Source of the DNA: an uncultured virus (IMG/VR IMGVR_UViG_3300042402_002237)
Taxonomy: Duplodnaviria; Heunggongvirae; Uroviricota; Caudoviricetes
DNA length: 20,000 nucleotides
Virus record (IMG/VR): IMGVR_UViG_3300042402_002237
Reading direction: 5' to 3' (one strand)
The translations under genes and the position numbers were made by a program. Each line of letters opens with the position of its first letter. The stretch's first letter is position 1. Positions 8,339 through 13,911 of this stretch are shown piece by piece. A model generated the notes under the pieces. It saw only the letters and a program-made list of their open reading frames with translations. It was not told where the DNA came from and ran no database searches.

Positions 8339-8395
8339 TGCACCAAAATGGTGCACAAATTCACCGCCTTGGTGCGTCTGCACCAACATGGTGCA
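8339..8395. promoter_or_regulatory. Three tandem NtrC-type boxes
   Basis: TGCACCAAAATGGTGCA (8339-8355), TTCACCGCCTTGGTGCG (8360-8376, degenerate), TGCACCAACATGGTGCA (8379-8395); NtrC consensus TGCACCA-N3-TGGTGCA. Confidence 0.8.
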
Positions 8396-8408
8396 CAGCT
8401 CGAGCGCT

Positions 8409-8566
8409 TCGATGTTAGTGAGCGCTCACTAACATCGAGGCACCGCGCCCCCCTGCCAAGTAGCGCATTGGTTAGTGAGTACTAACTAACATGGCCGAGC
8501 GCCCACTCTGTCCCCATTATCAGCACTCGATGTGCCTGAGTGCTAAGTTAGTAAGTGCTAACTAAC
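8409..8566. repeat. Three copies of 20-bp palindrome GTTAGTRAGYRCTMACTAAC (operator-like)
   Basis: 8414-8433 (within a perfect 30-bp palindrome 8409-8438), 8471-8490, 8547-8566. Confidence 0.85.
8520..8546. promoter_or_regulatory. CIRCE element (HrcA operator)
   Basis: TCAGCACTC-N9-GAGTGCTAA versus consensus TTAGCACTC-N9-GAGTGCTAA: 17/18 with the exact spacer. Confidence 0.85.
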
Positions 8567-8764
8567 ATGGCGCCCTGTTAGGGTAAATACCTATTGACGG
8601 ATTGGACGCGTTTTAAGGGGGCTAGGAGGCGCGCAGGGCAGAGATGATGGTTAGGTATCAACTCATTGACGATCGTTGAGCCATCGAGCTGGGGTGCCAC
8701 CACAAAGGCTTTGCGGGCGCGAGGGCGGATAGGTGGGGTGGGCGAGTGATCAGGTAATTTGAGT

Positions 8765-8790
8765 TACCACAATATCCCACAATCCCCCAC
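8765..8790 (-). promoter_or_regulatory. MraZ-type direct repeats
   Basis: Minus strand GTGGGG-GATT-GTGGGA-TATT-GTGGTA: three GTGG units at an exact 10-bp period, as in the mraZ/dcw promoter operator. Confidence 0.65.
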
Positions 8791-8817
8791 AGTTTAGTCA
8801 GGTATTTTATTTAGTTG

Positions 8818-8848
8818 TTTACATTTAATTCCAAAGGTCTGTACAATA
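8818..8848 (+). promoter_or_regulatory. Sigma70-like early promoter 1
   Basis: TTTACA-N18-TACAAT with AT-rich upstream DNA; shares AAAGGTCTGTAYAATA with the promoter at 13178. Confidence 0.7.
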
Positions 8849-8960
8849 GAGGGTATCGGAAGTGCAGTGGCTAATCCACTCAAACGCAAACCCAACCGCG
8901 ATCTATAAGGGGGAGCCGGCAGAACCGGTGCTGTTATCCAACACAGCGTATGCTAACAGA

Positions 8961-9008
8961 TAGTAATGCTCAGAGCGCATTGTAACCAGTGCGCTCGAGG
9001 CAGTACTA
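8961..9008 (+). other. Long bulged hairpin in early leader (RNase III-site-like)
   Basis: TAGTA...GAGCGCATTG-TAAC-CAGTGCGCTC...TACTA, directly before a CA-rich spacer and AGGAG RBS. Confidence 0.55.
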
Positions 9009-9031
9009 ACCAAACAACAGGAGATTACACC

Positions 9032-9283
9032 ATGGCAAAATTCACAGTCGTTAAGTTAATCGATGAGAAAAAAGTAGTACCTGCAAGATTGTTACCTGAG
9101 CAGTGTGGTGGCAACATGACATGGCAGATTGATGACAAAGACGTATTGGAGTACAACCCCAAGACTAAACAGTTTAGCCTTGAGGTTTATGAGTTCCAAA
9201 ATGATGACTACGAGCTAGTCAACACCTTGGGGCACGATGACGCGTATCAGATAGCATTAGATGAGGGTATCTGCTACGAGTAA
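9032..9283 (+). CDS. Early hypothetical protein (start MAKFTVV at 9032)
   Basis: ACAGGAG RBS upstream of ATG 9032; 83 aa. Confidence 0.75.
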   Translation: MAKFTVVKLIDEKKVVPARLLPEQCGGNMTWQIDDKDVLEYNPKTKQFSLEVYEFQNDDYELVNTLGHDDAYQIALDEGICYE

Positions 9284-9285
9284 CA

Positions 9286-9337
9286 GGTCGAAACAGCCTA
9301 ACGGCTGTCTGCACGTTAGGCGTGCACTGATGAGACC
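9286..9337 (+). ncRNA. Type II hammerhead ribozyme 1
   Basis: GGTC-GAAA-[CAGCC TAAC GGCTG]-TC-[TGCACG TTAGG CGTGCA]-CTGATGA-GACC: full core, stems I and III closed, stem II open; GUC triplet, predicted cut after C9309. Confidence 0.93.
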
Positions 9338-9358
9338 ACACACAACACAGGAGAGCCT

Positions 9359-9757
9359 ATGAACTTTCAATACATCTGCAATAACCCACGCACATTTGAC
9401 TTAGAGATCAACGATTGCGTGGTTCGGGCGCTATCGCTCGCATTCAATCGGGCGTACCCCGAGGTGCACGAGGTATGTGCCAAGGCAGGGCGCAAGCCAC
9501 GCCGTGGCATGATGCGTGCCCAAACCGACAAGGCGATCCAAGTACTGAGCGCCAACAAAGACGCCAAGCTCGAGCGATACAGTCGGGGCAACCGGTGCAC
9601 ACTGGCAACCTTTGCCAAGCACAACCCCAAGGGTAACTTTATCGTGATCAAGAGGGGACACGCCGTGGCGCTGATCGATGGCGTGTACCACGATAACAGC
9701 AACACCGAGACAGGCCTGCCACGCTCGATCGTGCAGGCGTGTTTTAGGACTAAGTAA
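9359..9757 (+). CDS. Putative papain-fold (C39-like) cysteine peptidase
   Basis: NDCVVRAL (Cys at helix start), GHAVALIDG (His on strand) and a downstream YHD Asp form a Cys-His-Asp pattern; AGGAG RBS. Confidence 0.5.
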   Translation: MNFQYICNNPRTFDLEINDCVVRALSLAFNRAYPEVHEVCAKAGRKPRRGMMRAQTDKAIQVLSANKDAKLERYSRGNRCTLATFAKHNPKGNFIVIKRGHAVALIDGVYHDNSNTETGLPRSIVQACFRTK

Positions 9758-9759
9758 CA

Positions 9760-9809
9760 GGTCGAAACGCCGTGAGGCGTATGCACGTTAGGCGTGCACT
9801 GACGAGACC
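9760..9809 (+). ncRNA. Type II hammerhead ribozyme 2
   Basis: GGTC-GAAA-[CGCC GTGA GGCG]-TA-[TGCACG TTAGG CGTGCA]-CTGACGA-GACC; GUA triplet, predicted cut after A9781. Stem III differs from copy 1 but stays paired. Confidence 0.92.
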
Positions 9810-9829
9810 AAACAACGGAGAGTAATAAC

Positions 9830-10210
9830 ATGGCATACATGAACCAAGACAAAAAGGCAGTAATCAAGGCAAACCTAGACAAGGCGCTCAAACCACTGGG
9901 CATTAAGTTTAGCCTGCGTGTAAGTAATCACATGGCGATTACTTGCACAATCAAGAGCGCGCCATTTAATATGCTCGCAGATCGTAAGCAAGCGCTGAGC
10001 GCATTCCAACAGGATCATGCGCAGGTCAACCCATACTGGTTCCAAGACCATTACGTGGGCAAAACACGTGACGTACTGGCTAAGGTCATGGAGGCAATGC
10101 AAAGCGCCGGATACTACGATCGCAGTGACGCCATGGTGGACTACTTCGACACGGCGTACTACTACCATGTCAACATCGGCGACTACGACAAACCATTTCA
10201 GGTAAAATAA
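9830..10210 (+). CDS. Early phage protein, LPD29-like (tentative)
   Basis: LK..GIKFSLR and D.SDAMVDYFD..YY motifs recalled from phage polyvalent-protein-associated domains; GGAG RBS. Confidence 0.45.
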   Translation: MAYMNQDKKAVIKANLDKALKPLGIKFSLRVSNHMAITCTIKSAPFNMLADRKQALSAFQQDHAQVNPYWFQDHYVGKTRDVLAKVMEAMQSAGYYDRSDAMVDYFDTAYYYHVNIGDYDKPFQVK

Positions 10211-10212
10211 AA

Positions 10213-10239
10213 TCAGTGGCTCGATCTATGAGCCACTGA
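10213..10239 (-). terminator. 10-bp perfect hairpin; intrinsic-terminator-like on the minus strand
   Basis: TCAGTGGCTC-N7-GAGCCACTGA; a T-tract (TTTTATTTT) follows only on the minus strand. Confidence 0.5.
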
Positions 10240-10272
10240 CACAGTACAATGATGACATCAACAGGAGATAAT

Positions 10273-10491
10273 ATGAGCTACAATACAGACTGCGCTGAGA
10301 TTTGGAACCCAACGGGCGCGATTAATTTTGAGGTGCGCATGGATCCACTGGGCGCCGGTAAGTACGACGTGTGGGCAGTGCAAGGCGGTTATGCACGCAA
10401 GGTCACATCAAACTGGTTTGCCGATCGTAAAGATGCAGAGGCATTATTTTTATCTAAAGATTATTCTCAATGGATGGAGGAACTACAATGA
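10273..10491 (+). CDS. Early hypothetical protein
   Basis: ACAGGAG RBS before ATG 10273. Confidence 0.75.
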   Translation: MSYNTDCAEIWNPTGAINFEVRMDPLGAGKYDVWAVQGGYARKVTSNWFADRKDAEALFLSKDYSQWMEELQ

Positions 10492-10742
10492 AAGCACTAC
10501 AAAACTATGTAAAGCAGGCCAATGACTGGAATGCGATCTTTAATCGTGGTCAGTACGACCTAGCCAATGAGCGCGATCGTCAGCGCCTAGCACGTCGCAT
10601 TGACAGCGAGCTGAGCCCCGAGAACCTAACCATGGACGGCGAGCTCTCACGCACCGAGGTCAATCGCAGGTATAATAATTTAATCCGAGTCGCCGAGCAG
10701 TTACAGGCACTCGACCCATCAATTCAATTTTCGGAGGTGTAA
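10488..10742 (+). CDS. Early hypothetical protein (LSPENLTMDGE motif)
   Basis: GGAGG RBS, ATGA overlap with the previous gene. Confidence 0.78.
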   Translation: MKALQNYVKQANDWNAIFNRGQYDLANERDRQRLARRIDSELSPENLTMDGELSRTEVNRRYNNLIRVAEQLQALDPSIQFSEV

Positions 10743-10743
10743 T

Positions 10744-11010
10744 ATGGCAAACCTACAATTTGGCGTGCGTGAGCTAGCAAAGAAGTTCTACCACGACTAT
10801 CAGGAAGAGCTCTTCAACACGATCAATGACATCGGAGACCCGATGCGTGCGCTGAGATTTTTGCAGGGCGTAGCACGCTCTAATCAGTCGTCATGGTCGG
10901 GTGGCTTTAGCGCCACCAACATGGAAGAGCAGATCAAGCGTGAGCTAGCCATCGACATGATGGAGTATGTAATAAATAAGATGGAGTACTCAACAAAGGA
11001 GGTAGTATGA
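10744..11010 (+). CDS. Early hypothetical protein
   Basis: GGAGGT RBS, tight packing. Confidence 0.78.
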   Translation: MANLQFGVRELAKKFYHDYQEELFNTINDIGDPMRALRFLQGVARSNQSSWSGGFSATNMEEQIKRELAIDMMEYVINKMEYSTKEVV

Positions 11011-11327
11011 CAGCGACTACATTCCCCGAGTGGGAGCAGGAACTAGATGCGTGGGAGGCTAAGTATCGCCCGATTAAAAATCGTTTTAATGGCGAAGAGT
11101 TATTTCCTGACGATAAGTTCGAGACCTACGGCGCAGAGCTCGAGTTCGTCCGTGCGCAGGATCCACGCAATATTTGGACACTGGTCGACGGCGACGACGG
11201 CAACCTGTATATAGTAAGTGGGTACCACTTGGTTAACAGGATCAATTACTTTGTGACCGAGGTACCATACGAGGGCGACGGCATGGACGTGCCGTACTAC
11301 ATATTTGACGAAGAGGAGACAGAATGA
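11007..11327 (+). CDS. Acidic early hypothetical protein
   Basis: AGGAGGT RBS, ATGA overlap. Confidence 0.8.
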   Translation: MTATTFPEWEQELDAWEAKYRPIKNRFNGEELFPDDKFETYGAELEFVRAQDPRNIWTLVDGDDGNLYIVSGYHLVNRINYFVTEVPYEGDGMDVPYYIFDEEETE

Positions 11328-11509
11328 TGAGCTACGATGCAGATTTTGAGAAGGTTTACATGGTCGAGTTCGAGTCGGGCAGGACCATCCACGTGCAGTT
11401 CTTTGACGTTGAAGACGTAAAGGAGTACTGCGCACAGAACCACGGCGGTATCGCCATTAAATCAATCTACCAAGAGGTTTACTGTAACTTTGAAGAGGAG
11501 ACAGAATGA
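11324..11509 (+). CDS. Small early hypothetical protein
   Basis: RBS and ATGA overlap lie within the junction repeat. Confidence 0.75.
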   Translation: MMSYDADFEKVYMVEFESGRTIHVQFFDVEDVKEYCAQNHGGIAIKSIYQEVYCNFEEETE

Positions 11510-11652
11510 AAGTTGTCAGCCACGAATTATTAATCCACTGGAGCGACGGGACTAGCGAAGTTCGCACAGATTTTCCGTACATTGAGTACATTGATGAGTA
11601 TTTACAGGAACTAGAAAATGAATACGTTAAAGATGAGGAGGAGACAGAATGA
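11506..11652 (+). CDS. Small acidic hypothetical protein (48 aa, not in ORF track)
   Basis: MKVVSHELLIHWSDG...EEETE; fills the gap with ATGA overlaps at both ends. Confidence 0.72.
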   Translation: MKVVSHELLIHWSDGTSEVRTDFPYIEYIDEYLQELENEYVKDEEETE

Positions 11653-11876
11653 CTGAATTAAGATCACTGATTAGCGCCACGATTAAAGAGCGCTACGAGC
11701 CCGAGTATCAACCCAGTATCACGGACGCACAGGCGCTAGGCGCCATGATATCGAGCCATTTTATGTGGGATGGCGTTCAGATATTAGATGCGTTACAATA
11801 CGCACTGGAAGACGCCAATTTTCACAGTGTCAACGAACAGATCAACGCCATTAGAAAGAAGGAAGACCTACTATGA
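11649..11876 (+). CDS. Early hypothetical protein
   Basis: RBS, ATGA overlaps. Confidence 0.75.
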   Translation: MTELRSLISATIKERYEPEYQPSITDAQALGAMISSHFMWDGVQILDALQYALEDANFHSVNEQINAIRKKEDLL

Positions 11877-12142
11877 CACGCAAGCACAGACTAGCATATA
11901 ACGCACTCAGGAAGATCAACGCACCCGTATACGAGCGTGTTGATATCAAAAACTTTCAGATCAGCGCCGAGCATAATTTCGACACGAAGTACGGCAACAC
12001 GCTATGGGCAGATTATTATGACGGGCACACGATCGGATCAGATTGGGAGTTTGGTGTCAACCCACTGATCACCGAGACGTTAAACAAGTACGGGCTCTAC
12101 GCCGAATGGATCAACGCAGGTGAACTGGGAGTATACGAATGA
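11873..12142 (+). CDS. Early hypothetical protein
   Basis: ATGA overlaps, AAGGA RBS. Confidence 0.75.
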   Translation: MTRKHRLAYNALRKINAPVYERVDIKNFQISAEHNFDTKYGNTLWADYYDGHTIGSDWEFGVNPLITETLNKYGLYAEWINAGELGVYE

Positions 12143-12375
12143 ACCGACTAATTAAGGCAGTGGAGATTTTGAAGGATCGTTATAAGCACGAGATCTATAA
12201 AAGCGGTGACTGGTCTTACAATCTGTGGTCGTGGACTGTTACCATTGCAATAAACGAAGAGGACGACAGCAGTTACGACGTCGTGGCGTATCGTGCCAAG
12301 GGTAACGTGACGGACTGGTCGGACTGTGTAGTGTTACCATCATATCCAGTACAATGGGAGTTAACTTATGAGTAA
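12139..12375 (+). CDS. Early hypothetical protein
   Basis: GGAG RBS, ATGA overlap. Confidence 0.72.
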   Translation: MNRLIKAVEILKDRYKHEIYKSGDWSYNLWSWTVTIAINEEDDSSYDVVAYRAKGNVTDWSDCVVLPSYPVQWELTYE

Positions 12376-12550
12376 GTATATTGTGACGTACGTACGTGAG
12401 TCGTATTACTCGACTGTGATTGACGCCGAGGACATTGACGAGGCACGTAAAAAAGCGTGGAGTGTAAACCTCTTAGACTTGGAGCACGACTACGACAGTG
12501 GTGTGTTTAAAATTAACAACGTGGTACCACAAATAGGGATAACAAAATGA
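12368..12550 (+). CDS. Small early hypothetical protein
   Basis: GGAG RBS; IDAEDIDEARKKA is a pattern common in small phage proteins. Confidence 0.72.
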   Translation: MSKYIVTYVRESYYSTVIDAEDIDEARKKAWSVNLLDLEHDYDSGVFKINNVVPQIGITK

Positions 12551-12855
12551 CATTCACATTAGAAGACGTAAACAATATCGAGTTTAACGAAGAGATCAGC
12601 GAGGCAGACTACTACGCCTCCATACAGCGAGCAATCAACGGCGGTATGTGGTCATTACAAGGATCGTATGGTCGTACCATGATGGAGGCAATCGAGGCAG
12701 GCAAGTGCCTGCTAGGTCTTAAAGGCGCCAGTGACTACTGGGGCAACACCATCCCGTCACGCCTCCAAGTACAGGACGGCACCAAGGGATCGTGGGAGTA
12801 CGTAAAGCAACACAACGGCGTAGTATGGGCAAACAAAATGGCAGGAGTGAAATAA
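12547..12855 (+). CDS. Early hypothetical protein (WSLQGSYGR motif)
   Basis: ATGA overlap; motif typical of a small phage protein family. Confidence 0.75.
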   Translation: MTFTLEDVNNIEFNEEISEADYYASIQRAINGGMWSLQGSYGRTMMEAIEAGKCLLGLKGASDYWGNTIPSRLQVQDGTKGSWEYVKQHNGVVWANKMAGVK

Positions 12856-12856
12856 C

Positions 12857-12985
12857 ATGAGCCAAAAACAATTTATCAAGTTGTTGATTGAGGTTAGTGA
12901 GCGCCTCGCAGACGAGTCGGACTACGAGGATTATCTTTTACCACAGCTACAAAACGCCGTGGATTACTTGGAGGAGCTACAATAA
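12857..12985 (+). CDS. Small hypothetical protein (42 aa, not in ORF track)
   Basis: AGGAG RBS, MSQKQFIKLL...LEELQ, TAATG overlap with the next gene. Confidence 0.68.
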   Translation: MSQKQFIKLLIEVSERLADESDYEDYLLPQLQNAVDYLEELQ

Positions 12986-13191
12986 TGGCATTCTATTACT
13001 TTGGCGACATGGAGTTCGGGGACTTTGTGAAGGGCGACGACCACTACCCAGTGGCGCTGATCCACGCAGTACGTGACACACGGGAGTTTGCCACGGAGGA
13101 AGAGGCAGACGACTACATGGTCGAGCAGGGGTTTGGTGGGTATGTAAACGCCGACTCCAAGAACATTGAGATATACTTTGCAAAGAAATAA
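12985..13191 (+). CDS. Acidic hypothetical protein
   Basis: GGAGGAG RBS. Confidence 0.72.
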   Translation: MAFYYFGDMEFGDFVKGDDHYPVALIHAVRDTREFATEEEADDYMVEQGFGGYVNADSKNIEIYFAKK

Positions 13192-13207
13192 AAAGGTCTG
13201 TATAATA
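13178..13207 (+). promoter_or_regulatory. Sigma70-like early promoter 2
   Basis: TTGCAA-N17-TATAAT upstream of the block containing the sigma gene. Confidence 0.78.
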
Positions 13208-13227
13208 TTACTTTTAACGGAGGAATT

Positions 13228-13536
13228 ATGAACACAATCAACGTACCATCATTTAACGAAGTACCTGCATTCACCGACGACTTGGTCGACCAGTTGGGCG
13301 CAGTCAAGCAGGCAATCGACGAGCTCGAGGCAACAGCACGCAAGTTTAAGGCAGAGCTCATCAAGCGTGGCGTAGGCACCTACGAGGGCTCCAAGTTCTT
13401 TGCCGAGGTGCAACACTACGATCGTGCCACGATCAGCCCTACACTGGTGCGCAAGCTCAGCAACGAAGACTTCGTCAAGCAGGTCACCGAGGTCAAGGCA
13501 GTTGACGCCGTAGTAGTCAAGGCACTGGGGGTGTAG
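13228..13536 (+). CDS. Hypothetical protein with N-terminal coiled coil
   Basis: GGAGG RBS, 102 aa. Confidence 0.8.
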   Translation: MNTINVPSFNEVPAFTDDLVDQLGAVKQAIDELEATARKFKAELIKRGVGTYEGSKFFAEVQHYDRATISPTLVRKLSNEDFVKQVTEVKAVDAVVVKALGV

Positions 13537-13537
13537 T

Positions 13538-13735
13538 ATGAAGATCGGCGACGTGCTACACAACGGCGCCACTGTGCTCCAGTTTAGCGACAACGCTATA
13601 CTGGCGACGTGGCGCAGTAAGGTGACGCCATTCGTAACGTGGCGCTACTTTGAGGGCGACCCTAGGTCAACGTCATGGGGTCACTACTTTAGCAACCTTG
13701 AGGATGCGGTTAAAGACTATGAGGAAAGAAAATGA
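13538..13735 (+). CDS. Hypothetical protein (WGHYF motif)
   Basis: Tightly packed; FVTW...WGHYF...A..DYEER pattern seen in small phage proteins. Confidence 0.75.
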   Translation: MKIGDVLHNGATVLQFSDNAILATWRSKVTPFVTWRYFEGDPRSTSWGHYFSNLEDAVKDYEERK

Positions 13736-13911
13736 GTAACTACAAATTCGTCCTGATTGACGAGTTTGGCGGGGCTGTACGCAAGTTTGCGAGTAAGTTG
13801 GAGGCTACCCCCTACCTTACCAACGGAACACGCCTAGAGCCCCTGCCAAAGGCGCCAAAAACGAATCTATATCAACAGGCACTATTACTTTGTGGAGAGG
13901 CACCATTTTGA
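13732..13911 (+). CDS. Small hypothetical protein (59 aa, not in ORF track)
   Basis: GAGGA RBS, ATGA overlap, MSNYKFVLIDEFG...GEAPF. Confidence 0.7.
   Translation: MSNYKFVLIDEFGGAVRKFASKLEATPYLTNGTRLEPLPKAPKTNLYQQALLLCGEAPF

Larger units (their letters stand above)
11310..11652 (+). repeat. Three copies of 18-bp gene-junction repeat GARGAGGAGACAGAATGA
   Basis: 11310-11327, 11492-11509, 11635-11652; each encodes EEETE-stop plus the RBS and ATG of the next gene. Confidence 0.9.

Noticed and set aside
8418..8429. GTGAGCGCTCAC, core of the symmetric lac operator (possible vector contamination)
   Set aside because: Flanks are GTTA/TAAC rather than AATT, and two diverged sibling repeats show it is a native motif.
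8508..8523. LexA box-like CTG-N10-CAG
   Set aside because: Mismatch to CTGT-N8-ACAG and a C-rich spacer instead of alternating TA; expected by chance.
8414..8566. CRISPR-like mini-array from the three 20-bp palindromic repeats
   Set aside because: Repeats are short and degenerate, spacers unequal (37 and 56 bp), one spacer is itself a CIRCE element, and no cas genes are present.
8722..8730. AGGGCGGAT matching the upstream promoter box
   Set aside because: No TGCATTAGT 13 bp downstream.
8855..9008. Additional twister, pistol or hairpin ribozyme, or a tRNA, in the early leader
   Set aside because: I could not fit the conserved cores or a cloverleaf by eye; kept only as an unassigned structured leader.
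8966..9031. Upstream extension of the first early ORF as given in the track
   Set aside because: The ATG at 8966 lies inside the leader hairpin without an RBS; ATG 9032 has a clear ACAGGAG.
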